From an uncultured Methylomirabilota bacterium (GTDB lineage Bacteria; Methylomirabilota; Methylomirabilia; Methylomirabilales; 2-02-FULL-66-22), in contig CAWJSJ010000002.1 of NCBI GenBank assembly GCA_963845565.1, positions 1,408,001-1,472,000 on the forward strand: a stretch of 64,000 nucleotides of DNA, in the 5' to 3' direction. Made by a program: the position numbers and the translations under genes. Of the stretch, positions 1-9,796 are shown in pieces. How positions within the stretch are numbered: the stretch's first letter is position 1; the number at the start of each line of letters is the position of its first letter. The notes beneath the pieces are model-generated. The model searched no databases and was not told the origin of the DNA. It saw only the letters and a list, made by a program, of their open reading frames with translations.

Positions 1-685
1 CCGCGACCAGGTCGTGATCCTGGGCATCCCCTGCGACGGGATGGTGGATGCCGACCGGCTGGCGACGTCCGGCGAGTCGCTCTTCGGCGTTGCCATCGCC
101 CCGGGTGCGGACGGGAGCCTGACGGTGGCCTCCGGCGACGGGCAGCGGACGCTCTCTGCCGCGGACATCCTCCAGGAGCGCTGCCGCCTCTGCGAGCACA
201 ACACGCCCGCGATCGCCGACGGGTTACTGGGGGAGCCGGCCCCCCGCATGCCAGGCGCCGCCGAGCCGTTTGCCGCCGTGGCCGAGCTGGAGCGCCTATC
301 GCCCGCCGAGCGGCAGGCGTTCTGGCACGCGCAGCTCGACCGCTGCCTGCGATGCTACGCCTGCCGGGAGGCCTGCCCCGCCTGCTATTGCCGGAGTTGC
401 TTCGCGGACAAGGCGGCGCCCCGCTGGCTGTCCAAGGCGAACGCGGCGGACGAGAACTGGATGTTCCACGCCGTCCGGGCCTTCCACCTAGCCGGCCGCT
501 GTGTGGAGTGCGGGGAGTGCGAGCGGGTCTGCCCAATGGACATCCCCATCTCCCGGCTCAACCGGATGCTGGACCGGGACGTCCGGGAGCGGTTCGGCTA
601 TGTGGCGGGTCTCGACCCGGCCGCGGTGCCTCCCCTGGGGACGTTCCGGCCCGACGACCGCGATCCCGGGAAGCATGAGGGGTGA
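1..685 (+). CDS. 4Fe-4S dicluster protein, FlxC/AsrA-like (5' truncated by window edge)
   Basis: Frame open from window start; CLRCYACREACPACYC and RCVECGECERVCP ferredoxin motifs; directly upstream of FlxB- and FlxA-like genes. Confidence 0.75.
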   Translation, partial: RDQVVILGIPCDGMVDADRLATSGESLFGVAIAPGADGSLTVASGDGQRTLSAADILQERCRLCEHNTPAIADGLLGEPAPRMPGAAEPFAAVAELERLSPAERQAFWHAQLDRCLRCYACREACPACYCRSCFADKAAPRWLSKANAADENWMFHAVRAFHLAGRCVECGECERVCPMDIPISRLNRMLDRDVRERFGYVAGLDPAAVPPLGTFRPDDRDPGKHEG

Positions 686-696
686 GGCCAAGCGAT

Positions 697-1719
697 ATGG
701 AAGCCGTCGTCCTCAACAAATCCGACGTGACGTCGTGGGTGCGCGGGCTGCTCGCATCCTACCGGGTGGTGGGACCGACGAGCGCGGCAGAGGGGGTCGT
801 CCACTACACCCCCCTCGCCGAGGACGGCCCGGTGGTCCTGGACGGCCTGCGCCCGATCCGTTCCCCCAAGGAGCACTTCATCCCTGCGACCGAGACGCTG
901 CTGGCCTTCCACGGAACGGCCAAGGCCGTCAGCCTCGAGGCGCCGCCCGCCCCGACGAGGGAGACGGTCATCCTGGGCGTCCGGTCCTGCGACGCCCGGG
1001 CCCTGACGCGCCTGGACGACGTGTTCCTGAAGCGGAAGGAGACGGACAGTCTCTACGGCAACCGGCGGAAGACGACGCGCCTGGTGGGCCTGGCGTGCGA
1101 GTCGCCAAGCTGGGGCTGTTTCTGCACCTCCGTGGGCGGATCGCCGGCGGCCAGTGAGGGGCTGGATCTGCTCTTCACCGACCTAGGGGACCGCTACCAC
1201 ATTGCCATCCTGAGCGAGGCAGGGCGCGAGCTGATCGCCGGTGCCGGCTTCGCAGCCGCCACGGACGCCGACGCCTCCGCGGCGAAGGCGCAGCATGCGG
1301 CCGCGGTCGACCGGATGCCCCCGTTCTTCGACGCCAAGGCCGTGGCGGAGAAGGTGGAGTGGGACGCCCCGGTCTGGATGCACTACGCGAAACGCTGTCT
1401 GGCTTGCGGCGCCTGCAGCTTCCTCTGCCCGACATGCCACTGCTTCGACATCCAGGACGACGCCACGGCCGACGGCGGGGTCCGCTTTCGCTGCTGGGAC
1501 ACCTGCCAGTTCGGCGATTTCACGCGCATGGGGGCCGGCCACAATCCGCGGCAGACCCAAAAGGAGCGGGTCCGGCAGCGGGTGTCGCACAAGTTCAAAT
1601 ACCTGGTGGAGGAGTTCGGCCGGCAGGGCTGCACCGGCTGCGGTCGCTGCGTGGAAGCCTGTCCGGTGAACATCGACCTCCGTCAGGTGCTCCACGACGT
1701 CGAGGGCGCCAAGCGATGA
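697..1719 (+). CDS. 4Fe-4S dicluster protein, FlxB/AsrA/sulfhydrogenase beta-like
   Basis: GVRSCD, CFCTS, CLACGACSFLCPTCHCF and CTGCGRCVEACP motifs; ATG at 697. Confidence 0.85.
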   Translation: MEAVVLNKSDVTSWVRGLLASYRVVGPTSAAEGVVHYTPLAEDGPVVLDGLRPIRSPKEHFIPATETLLAFHGTAKAVSLEAPPAPTRETVILGVRSCDARALTRLDDVFLKRKETDSLYGNRRKTTRLVGLACESPSWGCFCTSVGGSPAASEGLDLLFTDLGDRYHIAILSEAGRELIAGAGFAAATDADASAAKAQHAAAVDRMPPFFDAKAVAEKVEWDAPVWMHYAKRCLACGACSFLCPTCHCFDIQDDATADGGVRFRCWDTCQFGDFTRMGAGHNPRQTQKERVRQRVSHKFKYLVEEFGRQGCTGCGRCVEACPVNIDLRQVLHDVEGAKR

Positions 1720-2552
1720 GCGACGCGGGAAATCTCTATGTCCCGAACCTGGCAGTGATCGACCGGATCGTCGAGGAGACGTGGGACACCAGGACGTTCC
1801 GGGCCGTCTTTACGGACGCGGGGATGCGAGAGCGATTCAGCTATCACCCCGGCCAGTTCCAGGAGGTCTCCGTCTTCGGCGTGGGGGAGGCCACGTTCTG
1901 CCTCGCCTCCTCGCCGACCCGCACCGGGTACGTGGAGTTCTCGGCCAAGAAGGTCGGCGCCCTGACGAGCGCGCTGCACGAGCTTTCCGAGGGGGAGACG
2001 GTCGGCATCCGGGGACCCTACGGCAACTGGTTCCCGTACGACATGATGCAGGGGAAGAACCTGCTCTTCGTCGGGGGCGGAATCGGCATGGCGCCGCTCC
2101 GCTCCCTTCTGAACTTCTGCCTCGACCGGCGGGGGGACTACGGGCACATCGACATCTTCTACGGGGCCCGCACGCCCGGGGATCTCTGCTACACAAAGGA
2201 GTTCGAGGCCTGGCGCAGCGCGCCCGACACCAGCCTGTACCTGACCGTGGACAAGGGCGGGCCGGGCTGGGAAGGTAAGGTGGGCGTGGTGCCGGCCTAC
2301 GTCCGGGAGATCGCGCCTGCCTCTCGGAACGCGGTGGCCATCACCTGCGGTCCGCCCATCATGATCAAGTTCACCCTCCCCGAGCTGGGGAAGCTGGGCT
2401 TCAGCGACGAGCAGATCATCACCACGCTGGAGATGAAGATGAAGTGCGGGGTGGGCAAGTGCGGCCGCTGCAACATCGGCCACACCTACGTCTGCCTCGA
2501 CGGCCCTGTCTTCACGTACGCGCAGCTCCGGAAGCTCCCTCCAGAATTCTGA
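1716..2552 (+). CDS. FAD/NAD(P)-binding oxidoreductase, FlxA/AsrB/sulfhydrogenase gamma-like
   Basis: GPYGN, GGGIGMAPL, CGPPIM and MKCGVGKCGRC (2Fe-2S) motifs; ATGA overlap with previous gene. Confidence 0.88.
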   Translation: MSDAGNLYVPNLAVIDRIVEETWDTRTFRAVFTDAGMRERFSYHPGQFQEVSVFGVGEATFCLASSPTRTGYVEFSAKKVGALTSALHELSEGETVGIRGPYGNWFPYDMMQGKNLLFVGGGIGMAPLRSLLNFCLDRRGDYGHIDIFYGARTPGDLCYTKEFEAWRSAPDTSLYLTVDKGGPGWEGKVGVVPAYVREIAPASRNAVAITCGPPIMIKFTLPELGKLGFSDEQIITTLEMKMKCGVGKCGRCNIGHTYVCLDGPVFTYAQLRKLPPEF

Positions 2553-2774
2553 CGCCGAATCGCTGACGGTCCGCCGAGTCGTGTACTCCTGGACGCCGGA
2601 TAGGCCGAACATTCGCAGGGCTTGTTCCATGTGGAGGATTCCGGGGACGGCTCAGATCGGGGCGACACGCGCGATCCGGAGTATCACCGCCACCGAGGCA
2701 GGAAACGCTCGCGACCAACCCGAAGTCCCGGCGCACGCTTCGCGGGCGGCCCGCTCCAGGACGGGAAGGTGTCT

Positions 2775-3857
2775 ATGGACGTTTCGATCAAGAGATTCAT
2801 CGTCGGCTTGGTGCTTTTTCGGCGCCTGATACGAAGACAACTGGAGCTGCTGCGTATAAACGGCCGGAATATCTTCAAAGGAAAGGCGTTCTATTGCAAT
2901 GCCCTCGCCGGGAGGTCTGATTACAATATTTGCATCAATTCAGACATGACCGTTTCGTGCAATTGCTTCGATACGGACGGTAGCGGCCACATTGGTGATT
3001 TGAGCAGCCACACGCTCGAGGAAATCTTCAAGGGTGAAACGGCGAGGAAGTTCAGGAAACGCCTTTCACGTGGCATCATTCCGATCAACGGGTGCCTGTC
3101 CTGCCGGGAGTTGAGATCGGTTCCCAGGGCAGAGGCCAAATCCTACCTCTCAGATTTCACGACGCCAAAGCGCGGGATCATGATCGAGAATACGGCGCTC
3201 TGCAATCTGAGATGCGTCAACTGCCGCAGGGAAGAATTAGTCAAAAGCAGGAAGAAGATGAGGATGTCGCTTCCGGACATGGAAAAGGTGGCCGCGAACA
3301 TCCAGGACTGCAACGTCCGGTCGATCTCATTTTTCAATCTTGGTGAACCGTTTCTGTCGGACACGATCTTTGAAGAGTTGACCCTCTTGAAAACGTACAA
3401 TCCAGATACGGCCATCTATGTTTCGACAAACGGTCTGCTGATCAATAGCGAGGCAAAATATGAAGCAGCGCTCCTAGTGGATTACGTTTATGTGTCGCTG
3501 GATGGAGTAACCGACGAAAGTGTGAGAAAGTATCAGGTCGGGGGCCGCTTCACCGTTGCGTACGACAACCTGAAACAATTGATCCGACTGAGGAACTCGA
3601 GGAACCGGACAAGTCCTGTCATTGAGTGGAAATACGTGGTGTTTTCCTGGAATGATAGCGAGGCCGAGATCGAAAAAGCCGTCGAACTTGCGAGAGACGC
3701 CGGCGTCGACATCCTGGCGTTCTACCTTGGAGAGGGGCCTCCAGCCCATGTATCTTCCCGGTTCAAGAACGACGAGTTCTTCAAGGCGCTCGGTTGCGGA
3801 TCATGGAAGGGCCGTGAAATCGATTTCAGGAAGGAGCTCCTGCGTTCGGGCGGTTAA
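2775..3857 (+). CDS. Radical SAM protein with N-terminal SPASM/twitch-like domain
   Basis: CNLRCVNC motif mid-protein, LGEPFL, STNG; N-terminal INSDMTVSCNC...IGDL...LEEIF...CLSC; visibly AT-richer than flanks. Confidence 0.85.
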   Translation: MDVSIKRFIVGLVLFRRLIRRQLELLRINGRNIFKGKAFYCNALAGRSDYNICINSDMTVSCNCFDTDGSGHIGDLSSHTLEEIFKGETARKFRKRLSRGIIPINGCLSCRELRSVPRAEAKSYLSDFTTPKRGIMIENTALCNLRCVNCRREELVKSRKKMRMSLPDMEKVAANIQDCNVRSISFFNLGEPFLSDTIFEELTLLKTYNPDTAIYVSTNGLLINSEAKYEAALLVDYVYVSLDGVTDESVRKYQVGGRFTVAYDNLKQLIRLRNSRNRTSPVIEWKYVVFSWNDSEAEIEKAVELARDAGVDILAFYLGEGPPAHVSSRFKNDEFFKALGCGSWKGREIDFRKELLRSGG

Positions 3858-3883
3858 GCACTCGTTGAACGTAGGGAGAAATC

Positions 3884-4912
3884 ATGACCAGCATCATGGC
3901 GGCCCTGAGGAGGGCAGCCGGAATAGCCATCGGCGCGGCTCGCCCACTCGCGTATCCGAACGCGCCCGAGCGGCCGTGTCACCTCCATCGTCTTGCGGTG
4001 TCGCACACCGGGGACGTGTTCCCCTGCTGCCTGGTCTATAGCAGCGCGTACCACCGAATCGGCAACATCAGTGACGTCGATCTCGCACAGAAGATCGAAA
4101 AGTATGACAGACGGTGTTCCTGCTCAGGCGCGAAGTTGCGCGCCAAGCGCCCCGGCGATCCCGTAGGGGATGACCGATTCTTGAATCTGGAGCTGTCACT
4201 CCAGTGCCAGGCCGAGTGCGCAATGTGTTGCGTCGACGCGCCAGGCTGGTCGGGAACGTACGACCTCTACCCCCAGTTGACGGCGCTCATTCGCGAGCAG
4301 GACCCGGAGGGGATCGTCATGCAGGGCGGCGAGGTCCTCGTGCAGAAGCGCTCGATGGACTGGATCCGCAGCGTGCGGGAGGAGTTTCCGCAAAAGAAAC
4401 TCCACCTGGTGACGAACGGCTGCGCGCCGGCGAGCCTTGCGCCGGAGGTCGCTCGGCTGTTCCAGCGGGTGGTCATCTCCTTCGTCGGCATCCAGCCCGA
4501 AACGTACCGAGCCGTCATGGGCCTCGATGTCACGCGGACTCTCTCGTTCGTGCAGGCACTCATCGCGGAGCAGACGACGGAAGTCGCCATGAAGTTTCTG
4601 GCGACGCCGTTGAACCTGCACGAGGCGGCGCTCTTCCTGCGCACGGCGCTCGAGATGAGGCCCGCGCTCATACTTTTCTCCGACAGCGGCTTCCACCAAT
4701 ACGTCCGCCTGAAGACGCGAGACGGATTCTGGGAGAAGATCGCGAGTCGTGCGGGTACCGCGTTCCAACAGCAACTGTTCGCCTCAAGCGCGGCGCTCAG
4801 GGCGGCCGGCATTCGTGTGCACGTCGAGCCGTCGGCCGGAAAGGTGCTCGGAGTTGATCGTGCTTTCCTCCACGAGAAGGCCCTGACCGACGTGGTAGCC
4901 ACGTCGTGGTGA
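3884..4912 (+). CDS. Radical SAM protein with N-terminal SPASM/twitch-like domain
   Basis: CQAECAMC motif, GGEV, VTNG; N-terminal C...VSHTGDVFPCC...IGNI...CSC; GGAG RBS. Confidence 0.82.
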   Translation: MTSIMAALRRAAGIAIGAARPLAYPNAPERPCHLHRLAVSHTGDVFPCCLVYSSAYHRIGNISDVDLAQKIEKYDRRCSCSGAKLRAKRPGDPVGDDRFLNLELSLQCQAECAMCCVDAPGWSGTYDLYPQLTALIREQDPEGIVMQGGEVLVQKRSMDWIRSVREEFPQKKLHLVTNGCAPASLAPEVARLFQRVVISFVGIQPETYRAVMGLDVTRTLSFVQALIAEQTTEVAMKFLATPLNLHEAALFLRTALEMRPALILFSDSGFHQYVRLKTRDGFWEKIASRAGTAFQQQLFASSAALRAAGIRVHVEPSAGKVLGVDRAFLHEKALTDVVATSW

Positions 4913-5123
4913 ACGCTTCTCGGCTCACGGTGCTGGAGTTGGTCCCGTCTGGTGGAGTCCAATCCGCTGCGGGCGGAGGATTCCCGGATGCGATGCTTCA
5001 TGCCACCGTACCCACCTGAGTCCCAGTCCAGGTCGACGTGTCCTGGGGCCGAAGGGGAGCGGCGCACGAATCGTGTCTCCTCGGAAAACATGGGAGGGGT
5101 GCGGCTCGGCCGCGGAGACGAAG

Positions 5124-6350
5124 ATGCGAACCGAACGAGAGCTCCTCGACGAGATCAACGGCGACCTTCCCCAAGGCATCGACTGGAAACGCGGGGCCGA
5201 GCGCTACGTACGGGAGCTGATCGCCCGAGGCGGCCCCTCATTCCGGCAATGGCATCTGACCAAGCCGTTCCTGGGCGAACTGCTTCCGGGCGAGCCACTG
5301 CATGGGGATTCCGGGCGGCCGGCGGTCGATCCGCACGTCACGTACCACGAACTCTACGGCTTCCTGAACGTTGTGCGCGCGGCCGACCTGCCTGTCGGCG
5401 CCCGGATACTGGACGTGGGATGTGGTCCGGGATGGACGTCGCACTACTTGGGCAAGATGGGCTACACCGTGCTCGGCTTCGATCTCTCCGAGGAGATGCT
5501 GGAGTTGGCTCGGGAGCGGGTGGATGCCGAGCCCTTCCCTCCGTACCCGAAGGCCAGGCTCGACGTGCGGTTCGTCCGGCACGATATCGAAGCGGCTCCC
5601 CTGGGAGCCGACGCGGGGGAACTGTATGACTTCGCGGTCCTCGACTCAGTCCTCCACCACTTTCGCGATCCCGTCGCGGCTCTGCGGCATGTGGGGGAGA
5701 GCCTTCGCCCGGGTGCCCTGCTGGCGATCATCGAGGGCTTCCGCGCGGAGGGTGCCCCACTTGACCCCCACAGCCTCGAGATCATGCGGCGCTACCACAC
5801 GATCGAGCGGCCATACACGGTCTCGCAGATGTCGGACATCCTGCGGTTGGCGGGGTTCGAGCATCACGTGCACCTCTACGGCGTGAATGGGCTCTACTCG
5901 GAACCAGATCTTGCTCGGCCCATCCTGCCCGGCGCCACGAAGGCCGTCCTGGCCTCGAGCGAGGCGGCGTCATTGGGCCGGTGGCGGGTGGAGGGCCTCG
6001 TGTACAAAGGCTTCCATGAGGAAGAGCACGACGGGGACCGCTCGTTCCGCTGGGCGGGTCCAGTGAGCGGGCTGGTCCTCGACGGGCGAGAATTCGAGTT
6101 GTCGTTCGCCAGCGCGGCCGTCCGTCTGGGGCGTCGGGTCCACCAGATCTTCGTCAGTGTCGACGGCAAGCCGGTGACGGTCTTACGCCTCACCTGGAGA
6201 AAACGCGAGGCCCGGTTCCGACCGGGGCGGCTTCCCCCAGGCTCGCGCCTCGACTTCCACTCCGACTTCTCGTTCTCCCCAAAGCTCCTCGGCATGAGCC
6301 CGGACGACCGGGTGCTAGCGTTTCAGTTGCGGGTCGCACCAGTTTCGTGA
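5124..6350 (+). CDS. Class I SAM-dependent methyltransferase with C-terminal extension
   Basis: ILDVGCGPG motif I, GFDLS, SVLHHF, LRPGA. Confidence 0.85.
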   Translation: MRTERELLDEINGDLPQGIDWKRGAERYVRELIARGGPSFRQWHLTKPFLGELLPGEPLHGDSGRPAVDPHVTYHELYGFLNVVRAADLPVGARILDVGCGPGWTSHYLGKMGYTVLGFDLSEEMLELARERVDAEPFPPYPKARLDVRFVRHDIEAAPLGADAGELYDFAVLDSVLHHFRDPVAALRHVGESLRPGALLAIIEGFRAEGAPLDPHSLEIMRRYHTIERPYTVSQMSDILRLAGFEHHVHLYGVNGLYSEPDLARPILPGATKAVLASSEAASLGRWRVEGLVYKGFHEEEHDGDRSFRWAGPVSGLVLDGREFELSFASAAVRLGRRVHQIFVSVDGKPVTVLRLTWRKREARFRPGRLPPGSRLDFHSDFSFSPKLLGMSPDDRVLAFQLRVAPVS

Positions 6351-6511
6351 TCCACTCTGACCATCGTCACCGCCGCACCTTTCCCCTTGACGCCCGCGTC
6401 CGGGGTGCCGGATACTCCACCCCGACCACGGCGACCCCTGGGGTGCGGCGCGGCCGAGACGCGAGATCGTTCCACCGCCCCGAAAACAAATTCCCACTTG
6501 GAGGATCTGCG

Positions 6512-7474
6512 ATGAAAAAAAGGATGCTAACCCTTCTCGTCTTGGCGTTGATCGTTGCCCTGGGAGTCCAGTCGGCTTGGGCAGCAAAATATCCCGACCG
6601 CAAGATCAAATTGGTTTGCGCCTGGGCCGCGGGCGGGGGCAGCGACATCATGGCGCGGACCCTGGCTCGCCTGGTCAACCAATCCCTGGACGGGAGGATG
6701 TATGTGGAGAACATCACCGGCGCGACGGGGCTCATGGGGATGCGGGAGGTCCTCAACGCCCAGCCCGACGGCTATACACTGATGCTCCTGACGACCACCA
6801 ACACCATCGCCCCCGCCGTGATGAAGGATTATCCGACACCGGACCAGTTGGATCCCTTCAACGTGGCCGGGGAAGACCCCATGATCATGGTCGTGGGTGT
6901 GGACAGCCCCTATAAGAATGCGGCCGACTTCATCGCCGCTGCCAAGGCGAACCCCGGGAAGCTGACCGTCGGTACGGCCGGCCACGGTTCCCCGCAGCAC
7001 CTTGCGGTGGCCGCCTTTGCCGCCGCCGCCGGGATTCAGTTGAGCTACGTCCCGTTCAAGGGCGCGGCGCCGGCCCTGGTCGCAACGGTCGGGCGGCACG
7101 TGGATGTGGTCGCTCCCGGCGTTTCCGAGGCGATCGCCCTGAACGAGGCCAAGAAGATTCGGGCGCTTGTCTCCCTGAGCACCAAGCGGCTGCGGCATTA
7201 CCCCGACGCCCCCACCGCCAAGGAGCTGGGATATGACGTCGTGGTGAGCCGCTGGATGGGTGTGGCGGCCCCCAAGGGTCTCCCCAAGGATGTGAAGGAC
7301 CTGCTGGTGGACGCCTTCAAGAAGGCCACGGATACGGAGGAGTTCAAGAAATTCAACGCCCAGAACGGGCTTGAGCCTTTCCATGGGACCCCGGAAGAGG
7401 CCCGGGCCTGGATCAAGAACCAGGCCGACTACTTCAAGAAGGTGGCCGACAAGGCGGGGATCCAGCCGGAATAA
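6512..7474 (+). CDS. tctC: Tripartite tricarboxylate transporter substrate-binding protein
   Basis: Signal peptide, YPDRKI, AGGGSD, PDGYTL, VPFKG motifs; GGAGG RBS. Confidence 0.93.
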   Translation: MKKRMLTLLVLALIVALGVQSAWAAKYPDRKIKLVCAWAAGGGSDIMARTLARLVNQSLDGRMYVENITGATGLMGMREVLNAQPDGYTLMLLTTTNTIAPAVMKDYPTPDQLDPFNVAGEDPMIMVVGVDSPYKNAADFIAAAKANPGKLTVGTAGHGSPQHLAVAAFAAAAGIQLSYVPFKGAAPALVATVGRHVDVVAPGVSEAIALNEAKKIRALVSLSTKRLRHYPDAPTAKELGYDVVVSRWMGVAAPKGLPKDVKDLLVDAFKKATDTEEFKKFNAQNGLEPFHGTPEEARAWIKNQADYFKKVADKAGIQPE

Positions 7475-7479
7475 CCGAG

Positions 7480-7624
7480 CAGGCTGCTGAAACCGGCCCA
7501 TCTGCGGGGACCCAGCCTGCGGCCGAGTGCCCCGAATGCTCCCGCGGGGCTGCGGCGTACAGGGAGTACGCCTCGCCCCTCGGATCGCCTTCCGCCTTGC
7601 ATCTGGACCGGTTTGAGCAGCCTG
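7480..7624 (+). repeat. Palindromic repeat family 1 (MITE/REP-like), copy A
   Basis: caggctgctgaaa...gcggcgtac...gtacgcct...ccttgcatctggac...tttgagcagcctg, shared with five other loci. Confidence 0.9.
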
Positions 7625-7629
7625 GGTCC

Positions 7630-7679
7630 GGTGCTGAAAAAGGCCCATCCGGCATGCATCTGGACTTTTTTGAGCAACC
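7630..7679 (+). repeat. Internally deleted family 1 copy
   Basis: tgctgaaaaaggcccatc...tgcatctggac(t-run)gagca; ends only. Confidence 0.75.
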
Positions 7680-7730
7680 GTCCCCAGGCCGAGTTCTTGA
7701 GTATCCCGGACAGGGCACCGCTGCGGGGGA

Positions 7731-8195
7731 TTGGTGAGAAAGAGCGATAGAATCCAGGCTTTGCTCTGGGCGGTCTTTGGCCTCTACATCACGTACGAGG
7801 GATTTCTGCTGAAATTGGGCACTGGGCGGGCACCCAAACCGGGGTTCATGATTTTCTGGATGGGTGTGGTTATTGTGATCCTCAGCGCCCTCTTCTTCCT
7901 CGGAACCTTCACGACCCCCGAACGGGAACACAAAGCGCTCTGGTGGCGGGTCCGATGGTTCCGCGGGGCGAAGCTCATGGCGGCCCTCTTCCTCTACGTG
8001 GCGGTCTTTCAATTCCTGGGGTTTATCCTGAGCACCTTCCTGCTCCTCGTGTATATGTTCAAGGGGCTCGAGCCTCAGAGCTGGCGGAACGCCCTGCTCT
8101 TATCGGCGGTGACCGTCGCGATCTGCTACCTGGTCTTCGGGGTCTTTCTGGAACTCCAGTTCCCCCCGGGAGTTCTGAGTTTCATCCTGACCTGA
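7731..8195 (+). CDS. tctB: Tripartite tricarboxylate transporter small membrane subunit
   Basis: Hydrophobic 154 aa, PKPGF, LQFPPG C-terminus, located between tctC and tctA. Confidence 0.85.
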   Translation: MVRKSDRIQALLWAVFGLYITYEGFLLKLGTGRAPKPGFMIFWMGVVIVILSALFFLGTFTTPEREHKALWWRVRWFRGAKLMAALFLYVAVFQFLGFILSTFLLLVYMFKGLEPQSWRNALLLSAVTVAICYLVFGVFLELQFPPGVLSFILT

Positions 8196-8293
8196 CTGTG
8201 ACGTCCGGCCGCTCGTTCATGGAAAGCACATCGCGTCCTCGGGCCGAAGCCGGGGAATGAAGGGGACGCGGACACACAGCGGGGGGAGCGGAC

Positions 8294-9790
8294 ATGGATT
8301 TCTTCACGGGGCTGCAGATAGGGGTCGCCACCGCCTTCCAGCCCATGAATCTGCTCTATTGTTTTATCGGCGTACTGATCGGGACGCTGATCGGGGTCCT
8401 GCCTGGGATCGGGACGTCGGGCGCCGTGGCCATTCTGATGCCGGCGACCTTCACGATGAGCCCGGTCTCGGCGATCATCATGCTGGCCGGAATCTATTAC
8501 GGGGCGATGTACGGAGGATCGACCACCTCAATCCTGGTGAACATCCCCGGTGAGGCGGCCTCGGTGGTGACCTGTTTCGACGGGTATCAGATGGCCCGGC
8601 AGGGAAGGGCGGGCCGGGCTCTGGGGATCTCAGCGTTCGCTTCGTTCATCGCAGGTCTTTTCGGCGTGGCGATGATCTCTCTGATGGCCCCGTCTCTCTC
8701 CCGTCTGGCCTTCGATTTCGGACCGCCGGAGTTTTTCGGGCTGATGGTCCTGGGACTCACCCTCTCCACGTTCCTGGGGTCGGGGTCCATGGTCAAGGCC
8801 CTGCTGATGGTGGGGCTGGGCCTCGTGCTGGGGTGCGTCGGGATGGACCCGATTAGCGGGACCCCCCGTCTCACCTACGGGATCAAGCCTCTCCTGGACG
8901 GTTTTGACATGGTCCCGGTGGTCATGGGGCTTTTCGGCATCTCCGAGGTCCTTTTCAACTTGGAGCAGGAGGAGCAAAGGGACGTCTACGAAACGAAGCT
9001 CAAGGGGCTTCTGCCGAACCGGGAGGACTGGAAAAGATCGTGGGCGCCGATCACCCGGGGCTCCATCCTCGGATTTTTCGTCGGGGTCATCCCGGGTGGG
9101 ACGGCCGTGATTTCCTCCTTTGTCTCCTACGCCGTCGAAAAGAGGATCTCGAAGCACCCGGAGGGGTTCGGCAAGGGGGCCATCGAGGGAGTGGCTGGTC
9201 CCGAGTCGGCCAACAACGCGGCGACCTTTGGCTCTATGGTCCCCTTGCTCACCCTGGGGATCCCCTCGAACGTGGTGATGGCCCTGTTCCTGGCGGCCTT
9301 GATGATCCACGGGACGGTGCCCGGCCCGATGCTCATCCAGAACCAGCCCGACTTTTTCTGGGGGGTGATGATCAGCATGATCGTCGGGAACGTGATGTTG
9401 CTGGTCCTGAACCTCCCCCTGATCGGAATGTGGGTGAAGATCCTGAAGGTTCCCTACCGAATCCTGTTTCCCCTGATCATCCTTTTCTGCCTGATAGGTT
9501 CCTACAGCGTGAATTATCGGGTAGTCGACATGGTGGTGATGCTGGCCTTCGGCGGGATCGGTTACATGATGAAGAAGTACCAGTACGACGGAGGGCCTTT
9601 GATCCTGGCCTTTATCCTGGGCCCCCTGCTGGAGACAGCCCTGCGCCAGTCCCTGATCATCTCCCACGGGGAGCTGGACATCTTCGTCAAGCGTCCGTTG
9701 GCCCTCGGGGCGCTGCTGATCGCCTTGGCCTTTTTACTGATCCCCCTGATCCCCGCCATCGGGAAGAAGAGGGAGAAGCTTGTTGAGTAG
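8294..9790 (+). CDS. tctA: Tripartite tricarboxylate transporter large membrane subunit
   Basis: GVLPGIG, YGGSTTSIL, PESANNA, LTLGIP motifs. Confidence 0.95.
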   Translation: MDFFTGLQIGVATAFQPMNLLYCFIGVLIGTLIGVLPGIGTSGAVAILMPATFTMSPVSAIIMLAGIYYGAMYGGSTTSILVNIPGEAASVVTCFDGYQMARQGRAGRALGISAFASFIAGLFGVAMISLMAPSLSRLAFDFGPPEFFGLMVLGLTLSTFLGSGSMVKALLMVGLGLVLGCVGMDPISGTPRLTYGIKPLLDGFDMVPVVMGLFGISEVLFNLEQEEQRDVYETKLKGLLPNREDWKRSWAPITRGSILGFFVGVIPGGTAVISSFVSYAVEKRISKHPEGFGKGAIEGVAGPESANNAATFGSMVPLLTLGIPSNVVMALFLAALMIHGTVPGPMLIQNQPDFFWGVMISMIVGNVMLLVLNLPLIGMWVKILKVPYRILFPLIILFCLIGSYSVNYRVVDMVVMLAFGGIGYMMKKYQYDGGPLILAFILGPLLETALRQSLIISHGELDIFVKRPLALGALLIALAFLLIPLIPAIGKKREKLVE

Positions 9791-9796
9791 GATTGA

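Noticed and set aside
2553..2774. RiPP precursor peptide for the radical SAM pair (also checked 4913-5123)
   Set aside because: No short ORF with a convincing RBS or leader/core pattern.
7429..7677. ORFs reading LKKVQMQGG... or MARLGTRC... (also near 50517, 52403, 52467, 57581)
   Set aside because: These are translations of repeat family 1, not genes.
8193..8201. TGA codons at the end of tctB as Sec readthrough
   Set aside because: TctB is complete at this point, a second in-frame TGA follows, and there is no redox motif.
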